From Naegleria gruberi (taxonomy: Eukaryota), in assembly GCA_000004985.1 (NCBI GenBank), contig GG738865.1: DNA of 64,000 nt, one strand, 5' to 3'. The translations under genes were made by a program, and so were the position numbers. Of this stretch, positions 43,724-56,615 are shown one piece after another; position 1 is the first letter of the stretch; each line of letters opens with the position of its first letter. The notes under the pieces are model-generated. The model did no database searches. It saw nothing but the letters and a program-made list of their open reading frames with translations, and was not told the DNA's origin.

Positions 43724-44629
43724 ATGACAACTACAAATTATTACAAGACAAGTAATACCTCTAGAAGTGGATCTACCAAACAATCACTTTGTGTTGGAGC
43801 TACTTCAGGAATTGGAAAAGGAATTGCCTTGAAATTGGCCTCTCAAAATATGGATGTTTCAATCATGGGACGAAATGCACAAGCTGGAAAGGAAATTATT
43901 GAGGAAATGAAGAGAATTTTCCCACAGGGCAAATTTGAAATGATTCCAGTTGATGCATCTTCAATGAAGGACATTAAGAGAGTTTGTGAGGAATATAAGA
44001 AGAATCACAATCGATTGGATTATCTAGTTCTCTCGCAGGGAATTTCCAGCATGGCTGGAAGAACAGAGACAAAAGAAGGAATTGATGTCAAACTAGCTCT
44101 CCATTATTATGGAAGAGTCATGTTTGTTAGAGAATTACAAGATTTATTGAGATCAACTCTAACTATTTCTTCAGATGTGAGAGTGTTAACTGTTTTATCG
44201 GCTGGAATTCATGGAACCTATACCAATTTGAATGATCTGGATTTGAAAGAAGATTTCTCATTGAAGAATGCTGCTGATGCTGCTGGTTTTTACAATGACT
44301 TGGCCATGGATCAATTGTCCAGAGAGGAAGGAAATGAAAATATTTCATTCATTCATCAAGCTCCAGGATTTATAGCCACTCAATGGGGTCGTGAATTGCC
44401 AACAGCTGTCAGATGGATTATTCGTGCAGTTCAGAAATTTGCAAGATCTACAGAACAATGTGCAGAATATTTGTTTAAGGGTTTGACAGATGAGTTAACC
44501 AAGAAGGGCTTCCATGTTTTAAATCAATATGGTGAACCAACCTCAGTTACCAAGGATCATAATGAAATGTACAGACAATATATTTGGAAACACACTTTGG
44601 AATTATTGCATAAGGCACTTGGAAAATAA
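43724..44629 (+). CDS. short-chain dehydrogenase/reductase (SDR) family oxidoreductase
   Basis: The track start at 43673 is GTG; the first ATG is at 43724 (MTTTNYYK…). The cofactor motif is VGATSGIGKGIALKLA (TGxxxGIG). It has the SDR length and a YxxxK-region pattern. Confidence 0.8.
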   Translation: MTTTNYYKTSNTSRSGSTKQSLCVGATSGIGKGIALKLASQNMDVSIMGRNAQAGKEIIEEMKRIFPQGKFEMIPVDASSMKDIKRVCEEYKKNHNRLDYLVLSQGISSMAGRTETKEGIDVKLALHYYGRVMFVRELQDLLRSTLTISSDVRVLTVLSAGIHGTYTNLNDLDLKEDFSLKNAADAAGFYNDLAMDQLSREEGNENISFIHQAPGFIATQWGRELPTAVRWIIRAVQKFARSTEQCAEYLFKGLTDELTKKGFHVLNQYGEPTSVTKDHNEMYRQYIWKHTLELLHKALGK

Positions 44630-44862
44630 ATCCTTCTACATCATTGAAATACTTGGATTTGCCTCCACCAAAAAGTACCATATCCAATCCATAGGCTTAA
44701 ATGAGCAAAAACGCTTGCAGAAACTCTTTTACCAGCTTTCTCGAGTAACAATGTTAATGATTTTTTTTTAAAAATGAATTTCGATCTGTAAAAAATACCC
44801 AAAGCGACAATAAGGGAGAAATAGTAAGGCAGCCCCACACTAGAAAAACAATAAGGACAAGA

Positions 44863-45387
44863 ATGAAGAAGAGTTTGAATCGATCAGATATTGTTAGACA
44901 AAATTCCTCCACAACAAATGGGAGAGGAAACAATAATACGTATTCTATGGATCCGAGGAGAAGAACATCATCTCGGAACAATCAATCTCAAATTCTATCA
45001 GCCAAGGCAATAACAACCCTTGCAGAGAATATGAAAAATCTACAACCTCCTAAAACCAATGTAAATACATTTGATGATGAAATTAATGCAAGGTTAATGC
45101 AATTAGAAAGAATGGCCAAAGAATTAAATAATGAAAAGCCTCTTGTTGAACGGTTTTCAAAAAGATTTTCTGAAATGAAAGAACATATTGATAAGGAGAT
45201 GGGATCTAGAGTATTACGGATTGAATCATTGGATACAAATATTTCCATGTTGAAGAATGAATTAAATTATACAAACAAATTGGTGGAAAGATTTGCCAGA
45301 GGATTGGAAAAGTGTTTGGAAAAACATCCATCAATGATTCCCGAAAATATCGAAACTAAAAACAAGAAGGAAATTACAGATGAGTAG
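44863..45387 (+). CDS. hypothetical coiled-coil protein (174 aa)
   Basis: Real ATG at 44863. The N-terminus is basic and S/N-rich, followed by a heptad-like ~100-aa helical region. No domain recognised. Confidence 0.35.
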   Translation: MKKSLNRSDIVRQNSSTTNGRGNNNTYSMDPRRRTSSRNNQSQILSAKAITTLAENMKNLQPPKTNVNTFDDEINARLMQLERMAKELNNEKPLVERFSKRFSEMKEHIDKEMGSRVLRIESLDTNISMLKNELNYTNKLVERFARGLEKCLEKHPSMIPENIETKNKKEITDE

Positions 45388-45494
45388 TTTGATTTATTGA
45401 GGAATTTACTTAGGAATAATTTAGGTTTTATGTGATGAAGTACAATTTCACCACAAAAAGATTGGAAATTTACACATTGTGGATTCTGTCAGAT

Positions 45495-46217
45495 CTACTT
45501 GTTGAGGTTAGCCCATTGACCAAGAATAGTATCAGCAACACTTAGGTCCTCTAATTGTTTGGAAATGTCAAACTTTTCAATGATTTCTTCTGCTTTTTTG
45601 ATTTCTTCTCTCTTCTTGAATAAGTGTTGAAGTGAAAAACCTCTCTTTTCTGCTGGATTAATAGAGGATCTAGAAGCTGAGGAAAGAACAGAAGGTCTCT
45701 TTGGAGACATCATTCCAAAATCTTGATGATCCAAACCAAAAGCAAAATCCAATTCTTCTTCTGACATTTCTCCCTCTGAACTCTTTTCAGTACCAAAATA
45801 AAAACTGCCATCGTCTGAACATTCCGTGAATGTATATTCAGTATTTTCAAAGTTTTCCTTGTTTTCTTGTACTGCTTTCTTTCTAAAGATTAATCTTTTG
45901 AGACGTTTCAAATTTGATGTTTCACCACCTTCAACTGATTTTTTAGCAATCTTATCTAAAAGCTTCTTAACGGAAGGGCTGTTAAAATTCAATCTCTTCT
46001 TCTTTTGTGTGGAAGCCTTGTTGGCAGACTTTGGTGAAAACTTGGTAATTTTGGCAGGTTGTGGTGTGGAGAAGGTTTTACTAAATCTTGAAGAAGGAGA
46101 GGCAGTGGTAGTACTACCTCTGATTGAACAATTTGGAGAAATTACAATTGGTGAAAGTGGTGATCTGGCAGAAGACTTTCTATTCTCTTGTTGGTCTTTA
46201 GTTGGTGTAAATTTCAT
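45495..46217 (-). CDS. hypothetical S/K-rich protein (240 aa)
   Basis: Real ATG at 46217. Low complexity and basic (KKKRLNF, KRLKRLIFRKK), so possibly nuclear. No domain recognised. Confidence 0.3.
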   Translation of the reverse strand: MKFTPTKDQQENRKSSARSPLSPIVISPNCSIRGSTTTASPSSRFSKTFSTPQPAKITKFSPKSANKASTQKKKRLNFNSPSVKKLLDKIAKKSVEGGETSNLKRLKRLIFRKKAVQENKENFENTEYTFTECSDDGSFYFGTEKSSEGEMSEEELDFAFGLDHQDFGMMSPKRPSVLSSASRSSINPAEKRGFSLQHLFKKREEIKKAEEIIEKFDISKQLEDLSVADTILGQWANLNK

Positions 46218-46404
46218 CTTGTTTTTAATTAGTTATTTTTTTTGATGTGATTATTGACAGTTTCTGTTATTTAATATTTTTGAAATTATTAATTTAACGG
46301 TTTTTGGCGGGTTATCACAAATCACCAACAAATACTGAAAGAATACAATGTAAACAGCCATATCATCAAACAATTAAATATTTAGATTAAAAAGATTTTA
46401 AAAT

Positions 46405-49400
46405 TTAATTAGTTGTTTCTGATGGTTGTGAGGCCAATTTTTCTTCAACAAATTTGTTCCATCTGCTTGATCGTTTTTCTTTGGCAGATTTGGAAATTGG
46501 CTTGCTTTGTCTGAACATTAGGTCCTCGGTGTCTTCTACAAAGTAAAGCTTAAGGGTGGCTATACATATTTTACACTCTAGTTTGTTACGAATGAGTAAA
46601 TCGTGTTGGGACTTCTTGAGTAAAACTTGTTTCTTGTTTCTTGCAAGGTAAACACTTGATTGTTTTAACAAATCAGCAGGAGGTGGTGTTAATAAAAATT
46701 CTTGAACGTAGCGCAGAGCCTTGTTTTCAGCTTCCAACTTTTCCAAGTCCATTTCTGGTGGATCAATTTCATCAATACGAGCTTTTTGTGCTCTCTTGTT
46801 AAATTCAAGAATATAACAAACTTCATCTCCGATGAGCTTCTGAACATTCAGTCTGTAAGAATTGTCCAAAAACTTGTTAACTCTTTGAAGTTCATATTTA
46901 AATGGTTCCAAATAATCGACACACATTTGTTTGTAATCACTAATCATTGTGTAAACATGCTTTTGGAATTCAACAAACACTCTATCAAAAGTGTAAACAA
47001 TATATGAATCATATCCAAGAAGTTTCTTACAGTCCTCTTCATATGATGTTGCTGTTCCCAAACCGTTTAAGAATCTGATCATTAGTATTATAAATTGTGA
47101 ATATAATTCATCTGGTGTCTCTGGATTTGTATCAATTTCCATATTATCTGTTACAGTTGTCATTTCTTCAATTGCCTTTTCTCTTTCCTTCTCTTTTCTT
47201 TCATTGTTGAAAGCACTCTTCTCCAAGAGGGTATCGTGATCTTTCAACACACTAGCAGTATCTTGGTCTCTCTTCTTAGATTTACTTGCTCTCTTACAGG
47301 CTTCTTTAGCCTTGGAGAGTTTTTCATAGAGAGAGCAGTAATAACGGAAGAAAAGGAGAAAGTGTGAGTTCGCATAGAACAGGTTATTTCTTAGTTTGTT
47401 ATCCTTGGTAAGTTGTTGTTCTACAATTGGAGGGAATTCATTAGTGGAAGGTTCAGTTGTTGAAGTTTGAGCAAATAAATCTGTAAAGTAGACAATTGGA
47501 TTAGAATTAGGTGATTCACCTTCTGGTACTTCCTTGATTGATTCATCATAACGTTCAACTTTTTGGTATTCAGAAGCAGATAAATCAAGGAAAGGAATCA
47601 AAAAGTCAGACCAAAGTTGGTTGATACTGGAAATTTCTTCTTCAGTTAATTCATTAGTTAAATTAATTAACATGTAATAAATATCATTGTGAATGCTCTT
47701 ATCTGGGAAATCAAATACCAAAGGTCTTGAATATTCGTGTCTTTGTTTGATATCTTTGAAAATATTCTTAAAGTGGAGACGTTTCTTTTCAATAGTCTTG
47801 AAAGTATTATATTGACTTTCCATTGCTTTTTGGAAATTCTTTTCATAGATATCATGCCAAAATCTGTTCAATTCCTTTCTGGCCTTTCGCCATTCTTCAT
47901 CTTTTTGTTTAAGTCTCTTATAGACAACAGGAATTGCAACAGTTGGATTCTTTCTTAACCCTTCAAGAATATCATTACCCTTATCGGCATAAATTCTATT
48001 AATTGTAGCCTTGTGGATATCTTTAAGCATATCAATTCCAAATGTAATTGGTTCATCATTATTAATCTTTTCCATGAATGAAGTAAAGAATTTAATTGTT
48101 GAGACATTTTGTTCAACAACAATATCTAATTCTGTTCTATCATCCTCACATTGATAAATAATTTCATCATATTGGCTCTTCTTTTGAATATCTCTACTTT
48201 CTTCACTACCAGCTGGAACGGAAACAAATTCATCATTCAAGACTTGATGGCACAATTCTGTTCTCTCCGAACAAATTGGTTCAGAGTACTTTTAACAAGA
48301 GATTAATACAACATGTAAAACATTATGTTACATACATTCTTACTTTGAAGTCTATAGCTAGGACCGTAGGTATATGATTTAGATGATTCACTAGGTGGTT
48401 GTGGTCTTTCTCCTCTCTTTTGCAAATTCTCATCTGTTTATATTAAATGTCATATATAAAAACAAAATTAGTTAGTAATTATGTAAAAATTAAAAAAGTG
48501 TGAATTTACGTTGAGAAATATTCACAAGGATGGTGTCAATTGTGTTATGATGTGATTGGATGATCTGACCTATTGTATTTGTAGAAATTAATCTTTTCAA
48601 CTTCTTAAATAAATCTGAATTCTTTCTAAGAGCTTCATTTTCACTAATCATATCTATTAATTCACTTCTATCAATGATATCCGTAGTATACAAATTGATG
48701 GCCTTAAGTATTTGATTATATTCATGAATACCCAATCTTTCTTTTAGATCGTTAAAGAATTGTGGAGATTCTATATTATCATATAAAAAAGAATTAGTGT
48801 TATGTGTGTGTGTGTAAAATGTGTGAGAATAATGTTGATGTTTACCTTCATAGTAATCAAAGTCTTCCAATTGTTTTGATTTTGCTGTAATTCTTGATGT
48901 TCTTCTCTTCTTGTCATCTCCTGATGGTGTTGATTGACTTTGCTATTATTGTTATTATTGATCAATTCAATGTTATGAATTAAAAATACAAACCTTCTTG
49001 ACCTTTCTTGTTGGTTTCTTTTCAACCGGCATTGGTAAGAATTGAGCAAATTCATGTAAAAGATCATTGTGGTCTCTGAATAACTCGGATACTTGTTCGT
49101 AAACTTTCTTAATTGTTGTTTGCTGTTTTTGGTAATTATGAAGTATATCTAAAAATGATTTGTATGTTGCAGGACTATCAGCAAACCTCTTCTTAATTTT
49201 AGTTACGTATGAGATAGCTTGTTCGAAATCAATACTTCTTTCACTTCTTGTTGTGGCAGGTGGAGTAGAATCAGTTTTAGGAGTTGGAATCGTAGGTATA
49301 GGAACGCGAGGTGGAGGTGTTGGAGTGCTTGCCTTCTTCTTAACTTCAACTTCATTGTTTGTATCCAACTCAATCTTGTAACCAGGTGGAAGGAATGAGT

Positions 49401-49848
49401 TAAAACCTAGAATAAGATGAGTATGAGTTTTGAACAATTCAGAGACCTTTTGAATGACGCCAGGTGTATCAATTCTGTTAATAATAATATTATTAAATTT
49501 AAAATTAATTTTCATTGTATTGATGGAACAGCAAAATTAATCACAACTCAAAACTTGATTACTTACATATGGTTTTTGAACTCCTTCATAATCTCTAAGA
49601 ATCTAGCATATACGTGTGGTTCATTTAAATATGTTCTCTTTACGAGATCTAGATATGCGAGGGCATCTGATACTCGAAGACTGTTGACATTTAAGCTTCC
49701 AAATCCATTCCAATACTTACGCTTGTTGATTATTATTAGGAGGAGGAGGTGTTGTTGCAGAAGAACTTGTTGGTGTTTGCACCTTTGGTACTTTAGTTTT
49801 TGGGTTGGCATCATCTGCTCCAGGACCTTGTGATGATGTTCTCTTCAT
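46405..49848 (-). CDS. SIN3: Sin3 transcriptional corepressor (paired amphipathic helix protein), about 6 exons
   Basis: ATG at 49848. Exon 1 ~49848..49709 (MKRTSSQGPGADD…PPPPNNNQQA). GTAAGT intron. Exon 2 ~49667..49563 carries PAH1 (ALAYLDLVKRTYLNEPHVYARFLEIMKEFKNH). GTAAGT intron ~49562..49484. Exon 3 ~49483..49002 holds the end of PAH1 (IDTPGVIQKVSELFKTHTHLILGFNSFLPPGYKIE) and PAH2 (FEQAISYVTKIKKRF…YKSFLDILHNYQ…VYEQVSELFRDHNDLLHEFAQFLP). GTTTGT intron. Exon 4 ~48945..48512 carries PAH3 (…FFNDLKERLGIHEYNQILKAINLYTTDIIDRSELIDMI…). Intron. Exon 5 ~48433..48346 (…YTYGPSYRLQ, the Sin3 GPSYRL motif). GTAAGA intron. Exon 6 ~48292..46405 is the HDAC-interaction domain (SERTELCHQVLNDEFVSVPAGSEESR…) and Sin3 C-terminal region. 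Coordinates are approximate to a few nt. Confidence 0.85.
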
Positions 49849-50303
49849 TTTTTTAAATTTGTTTTTTAGGGGATTTTGTTTTTCTTACGCGCCACAAAGA
49901 TTATTCTTCTGTATGTCGCTTTCTTCTTGGGTTAAAGCTTTTTGAAATCAATATTGAATTTCAATAATCTTTAAATAATATTATTGAGGAATGAGTTTCA
50001 GTAAAGGTGTTGGTGTTGTATTGGAATCAATTCAACCGTTTTTTTTTCCACTGTTGATGTGAAGAAAATATTCGGATGATTGGAAACAATTGATCGACAC
50101 ACAAAGAGGAATCAAGCCAACTAAATGCACACAGTGGAAATTATTTTGGAATGATTTGATAAATAGTTATTGGAAAGAGGCTACAATCTTCTTTTGGCTT
50201 TTCTGTTGAGAGAGAAGATTTCTGAGAGTTGAGCGTGTTATTTTATTCGGGCGTGTTTCATTTCATTGGTTGTATGGGCAATTACAAAAATTTTCAACAT
50301 TAA

Positions 50304-50321
50304 TGATTGGTCAGCCAATCA
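50304..50321. promoter_or_regulatory. perfect 18-bp palindrome TGATTGGTCAGCCAATCA containing inverted CCAAT boxes, in a bidirectional intergenic region
   Basis: Read directly at 50304..50321 (tgattgg tcag ccaatca). It lies ~460 bp from the Sin3 ATG (minus strand, 49848) and ~690 bp upstream of the ArfGAP-C2 ATG (plus strand, 51013). CCAAT/ATTGG is the NF-Y type core. Functionality is inferred only. Confidence 0.3.
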
Positions 50322-51012
50322 GCATAGTGAGTTGTAAAAATTTTAGTGTTTGTGTACTTGCTGTTTCACTGTGGATGGGATAGGAACTTGTTGTTTCATC
50401 GCTTAGGTCTGTTCCTTCCTTGATTGAGTTGATGAAAGATTCCTTTTGGGTACAGTCGTTGAATTAATTCTTCCTACTGATGATGGAATGAAGTTTATTC
50501 TAAAAACTGCATTTGCTATAGAAATTAATATAATTAAATATCTATTAAATGATCTTATTCTCATCTAGATTGAAGAGAATATTCAGACTTTCATAAAGGA
50601 GGCATCAGAAATTATTAATTATCAAATAATCCATCGCTTGCTCTTCTCCTCACTGCCAGCTCTTTCACCTAGCACAATATTCATTATATTAGTTGTTTTC
50701 TACTGTTGCTTCTTTTATTGACAAATGAATTATTAGTAAGGCATGTTAATGTGATCATATTAATCTAACTGTACAACTGAATCATCATGCAACAACGATA
50801 ATATTAATTCCTTTTCCTTTCAATGAACTTGTCCTTCACTCTTAAAGCTTGTCACTCCTTCAGCTATATTTCAGTGTTTGGGCACAACAATTTAAAACAG
50901 AAGAATTGTCTTGGACGTCGAACATCAAATCGGACCCTACTCATCAAAAAAATTAGCAATTCAACACTTTAGGGATTCTCTGTGTTATCGCATACTTGAA
51001 TAAACAATAGAA

Positions 51013-52148
<1,136 letters not shown>

Positions 52149-52267
52149 AAAAAAATCAATCCTCAATCCATCCTGTCTATTCTCATCTGAGGTGAGCTTC
52201 TGAATGTTTTTATTAAATATCAAAATCTAGTGCTGATATTTTCAAAAATTCCAAAGACTGAAAAAAA

Positions 52268-54810
52268 ATGCGTCTCTTTCCACAAGCCAAAAAAACCCCG
52301 CTATGGTATGTGTTGAAATACGGCACAATCTTTATGATCCTGATGGTGATGATTGGGTGGTTTGGTCGTTTTGGACCCCTCGTTTCGGATGATCATCACT
52401 TTCGAACATCATCAAAATTATCTTCATCATCATCAAAATCGAGGTCAACGAGTAGACATTTATTGACCACCACATCATCAACAATAACAACACCAAAAAC
52501 ATCAATTAATTTATTTGCAAAGAATGATGATGATCAACAGGATAATAATAATATTTCTGCTGGAGGTTCTGGAGGAGATTCTGATGGTAATTCGAAAATT
52601 TGTCACAAAGTATCCGATTATAAATTAGACCAATGTAAATTTGTTACAGAAAATTGTCCAAATCCAATGGGAGGTGGTATGATTAATTATTTATGGTTTA
52701 GATATTGTGGATTGCAACAAGCTCCTTGGCTTTTCTTTGTGCTGTCAGTTGTTTGGGTGTTAATATTATTTTACATGTTGTCAAATACAGCTGAAGAAAA
52801 CTTTTGTCCTGCTCTTACTGAAATTTCAAGAATTTTGAGATTGTCACCGGATGTTGCTGGTGTGACATTTTTGGCTTTGGGAAATGGAGCTCGTAAGTTT
52901 CTCTTAAATTTTAGTTATTAATTTATTCGAATGTTTCTAATGTAGCTGATATTAGTAGTATTGTTGCTGGTGTTTTCTCTGGTTCGACGGGTTTTGGTAT
53001 TGGTGAACCAATTGGTGCAGGTACATTTGTAAGTTGTTTGTCAGATATTTTCAATAACATTTGAAGGTCACTAGCATGGTCATGTCAGCTGTGAGTTTAT
53101 TTTCTGATGCCAAAGTCATTCCATTCCCATTCTTGAGAGATGTTATTGCTTATTTGATAAGTGTAATTTATGTTATGGTTATTGTTATGGGAAATGGTTC
53201 AATTAATTTATGGCAAAGTATTATGTGTCTTGTTATTTATGCTTTATATGTGTTGTTTGTCATTCTCTCAAGAACTGTGATTACTCAGTATGAAAAATTC
53301 AAGAAGAGAAGAAGAGATAGAAATCATGCTATGAGTATCAATGAGGAAGATGAAGTATCAGATGAAGAAGATGTTGGAGGTGGATGGAGAAGTGGAAAAG
53401 CACCACTCTTTGAAACTCAAATTAATAAGATTTCTGATTTGACAGATGAATTAAAGAAGGAGATTATTGAGGAACAAAAACATAATGTTTTTGGAACAGT
53501 CTTCTTCCCAAAGGTTGGTATTTACCATCGTCACAAAACTACAGAGCAACCAACATCAGTTAGAGAGCAACCTCCTATTTTTGGTCGAGATGAATTACCT
53601 TCTAATAGTGCTCTTATTGTAAAGAGTATTAAACATGATGAAACCCTCCCTATTATTAATAGAGATCAAGGAGAACTTCCATCGAATAGTGCTTTGATTT
53701 CACATGCTTCAGGAGTAGAAAAGAAATCCACTTTTGCTAGTTCGGGTTCTTTAATTATTTCTGAACATTTCTCATTACCAACCGAGGATACATCATTAAT
53801 GCACACAGAAGATGAAAAGAACTTTATTGAAAAAGCTAAAACCACTCTCAGTGAAGGTTTTGAAGGATTTAAGGAATGGATTGAATGGGACGAGAAGTCA
53901 ATATTTTCCAAGATTTTCTATATTGTATTTGAAGGATTTACAGTATTTATTAGAAACTTGACTATTCCAAAAGCTGATCCAAACGACTGGAGCAAGTTTC
54001 TTGCCTGTGTTTCAATGGTTTTCATTCCACCATTTGTTTTATTCAGTGTTGGAAGTAAGTTGTGAAATATTTGCCTGATTCTTAACACTATTCTTCTTTA
54101 ATAGGCATTACATTGATGATACCTAATTCTAATTTCCCAGTTGCTATCTTGTTATTAATTGTTGGTATTATTTTGGCTACGATTGTCTTTTTCACCACAA
54201 AGAGATCCAAGCCACCAGTTTACCATTTGGTATGTTTTTATTTAACAATATGATATTTAAGAAATCAGTTCTTTGTAGTTTTGGCATTTATTATGTCAAT
54301 TTTGTGGATTTATATTATTGCAAATGAAATGGTTGACTTGTTGACATCTCTAGGTGTTATTGCTCAAGTTTCTGATGCTATTCTTTCAATTACCGTACTT
54401 TCATGGGGTAATTCACTGAGTGATATTGTTGCTGATGTGATAATTGCAAGACAAGGATTTGTGGAAATGGCTCTTGGCGGTGTTTGTAAGTATTAACCTT
54501 ATTTAAATATTTTAATTTCAATGTTTTTATTTAAGATGGTGGACCACTTTTGAATTTATTGATTGGTTTGGGTATTGCAACAACTGCATCAAACATTATG
54601 AATCCAAAACCATTCGAATTTGAACAAAACGTTACTGTTTATGTTTCATTCTTCTTTTTGCTTGCATCCTTACTGTCTTCCTTAATTGTTGTTCCTCTTT
54701 GCAAGTGGAAATCACCTAAGATTTTTGGTATCTTTTTGGGTGGTCTCTATTTGAGCTATATGATTGTCAGTGCTCTTGTGGAAACAAAGGTTCTCTTCAG
54801 TGCTAACTAA
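52268..54810 (+). CDS. cation/calcium exchanger, CCX / NCLX (Na_Ca_ex superfamily), 6 exons
   Basis: Real ATG at 52268. Exon 1 52268..52892 ends …AGVTFLALGNGA (alpha-1 repeat). Intron 52893..52945. Exon 2 52946..53028 (PDISSIVAGVFSGSTGFGIGEPIGAGTF). Intron 53029..53066 (38 nt). Exon 3 53067..54054 has TM helices and a long acidic cytoplasmic loop. Intron 54055..54104. Exon 4 54105..54229. Intron 54230..54268; the acceptor at atcag was chosen because ttgtag gives an in-frame stop. Exon 5 54269..54485 carries the alpha-2 repeat (ILSITVLSWGNSLSDIVADVIIARQGFVEMALGGV). Intron 54486..54535. Exon 6 54536..54810 (YGGPLLNLLIGLG…). Both alpha-repeat signatures match NCLX/NCKX6. Confidence 0.8.
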
Positions 54811-54928
54811 TAAAAAATAATTTATTACTTTTTGAGATTCAGGATCGCAAAGCATTCAACTTTACAATCTTATTTCGTGACAATTTAATACCAATCCACC
54901 AAATTAATTTCAACCATTGAAAAATGAA

Positions 54929-55903
54929 TTACCTGAACAACATATCTGATACAAACAAGGCAACTGTAGTACCAATGGTTGTGGCAAGATTATTTTGAAG
55001 ACCACGGAAGAAGCCTGCAACTCCTTCCTCCTTGTAAGTTTTCTTGAAACAATCAATAGCATCTTTGTAGCAGCGTTCACTTTCCTCTTTGTCTGCTTGA
55101 GCTTGCATCTTTCTTTCAACAACTTCAAATGGGAAACACAAAGTCAAACTAGCCAATGCAACAAATTGACCGGTAAACAATCTAGTAAACAATCCAAGTG
55201 CATCACGATCATATGAATATGGATTAATAACTCTCAATAAATCATATAGAGCAAAGTATGAAATTCTGTAAACCAGAGTTTTTACAAGAGCCACAGAAAA
55301 TCCAGAATAAATACCAGCAATTCCATTAGGTCCCTTAACAGTTTTCTTAATAACATCCAAAGCTCCAGTATATTCTCTTTTTCCAATAGTATCCAAAGCT
55401 AATTTAACTCTACAATATTCCAAAGGTCTAAGACATGTTTGTATAAACGCACTCGTTAAATATCCTCCTCCAATACTACTCAAATAGAATTTTACAAAAT
55501 CCTGATTCGGATTAAATCTCGGAACAATCCTTCTTTGAATAGCAAAAGCAAATGGATTTAAAAAGAATTGAATAATACTCTTCATCACATCCAATGGATA
55601 ACCTCTCCAAACAGATAATATTCCCTGATCTTCAACAATTTTACTCCAAATATCTGCAGACTTATGTAAGCTATACCCATGTAACTTTGGGAGTGCTGCT
55701 GAGGTTTGTAGAATACACCTAGCATTAAACATGGCTGTTGATGGTAATTTTACAAGTGCACTTTCCATGCCAATGCCTGCTAATCTCTTCACTAATCGAA
55801 TGAGAGGATGTTGTTCAATTAAATCACTCTGTGGGTATGATCCGATTATGGACATTTTTTTTAAAGTTTTCTTGGCGCCAAAAAGATTTAATAGTAAGTT
55901 CAT
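54929..55903 (-). CDS. mitochondrial carrier family (SLC25) protein
   Basis: Real ATG at 55903; 324 aa in a single exon. It has the three-fold repeat architecture with carrier signatures (…GILSVWRGYPLDV…; PLEYCRVKLAL; PFEVVERKMQAQ). It lacks the RRRMMM motif of ADP/ATP translocases, so substrate specificity is unknown. Confidence 0.85.
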   Translation of the reverse strand: MNLLLNLFGAKKTLKKMSIIGSYPQSDLIEQHPLIRLVKRLAGIGMESALVKLPSTAMFNARCILQTSAALPKLHGYSLHKSADIWSKIVEDQGILSVWRGYPLDVMKSIIQFFLNPFAFAIQRRIVPRFNPNQDFVKFYLSSIGGGYLTSAFIQTCLRPLEYCRVKLALDTIGKREYTGALDVIKKTVKGPNGIAGIYSGFSVALVKTLVYRISYFALYDLLRVINPYSYDRDALGLFTRLFTGQFVALASLTLCFPFEVVERKMQAQADKEESERCYKDAIDCFKKTYKEEGVAGFFRGLQNNLATTIGTTVALFVSDMLFR

Positions 55904-56140
55904 GATGATTACAATAACAATAAATTACTAGAAAAAAATGGAACAACATCGGACAGCAATCCCTGCCACTGCTGCATCCTCTTCGATTTCCGAAGCACCT
56001 TCTGTTCCCCTGATGACAATGAAATTCTTCCCTTTCTCCCAACTTTAATTTGTTCTTTTTGTTCTACAGTTTTTGCTAGCCCGGTTTATAGTATTTCAAG
56101 GAAACAGGCACAAGATTTGATCACAAATTATACCAAACAC

Positions 56141-56614
56141 ATGTTGAATTGTGGTTTAAAGAAGGTCGAGGAGAGGAATTGGGATATTTCTCATATTTTG
56201 CTCAGGGACTTGACGATTAGTGAAATTGTATTTGCTTCGGATGATGAAGAATCAGATGAAGATTATATTGAGAGTGATTCGGATGATGAAATGGAAGACT
56301 CGGACGCTGAATGTCTTGAGGAAAGATTGGAAAATGATCATGCTCCAGAAATAATAATAGAACAAACGACGAATGATCATGACTATATTATGTTAAAGTT
56401 TAAATTTATGAGTGGATTGAGTTTGGAAGGGAAATTCAAAAGTTCAGATTCTATTCATTTAGTTACCAGTTGGATATCAATCAAAGCTGGAATGCCCAAA
56501 GAATCAATTAGTTTGCGAGTGAATAATCAGATGTTGGACAATAGTTTGACGACAACGTTGGATGAATTGAAAATCAAATCTGGTTCTTTAATTAATTGCT
56601 ACTGTAGAATATGA
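56141..56614 (+). CDS. hypothetical acidic protein with a C-terminal ubiquitin-like domain
   Basis: The track start at 56117 is TTG; the first ATG is at 56141 (MLNCGLKK…). An acidic DDEESDEDYIESDSDDEMEDSD tract is followed by a ~75-aa beta-grasp-like segment (IMLKFKFMSGLSLEGKF…LKIKSGSLINCY). The stop at 56612..56614 lies 1 bp from the stop of the convergent F-box gene. Confidence 0.4.
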   Translation: MLNCGLKKVEERNWDISHILLRDLTISEIVFASDDEESDEDYIESDSDDEMEDSDAECLEERLENDHAPEIIIEQTTNDHDYIMLKFKFMSGLSLEGKFKSSDSIHLVTSWISIKAGMPKESISLRVNNQMLDNSLTTTLDELKIKSGSLINCYCRI

Positions 56615-56615
56615 T

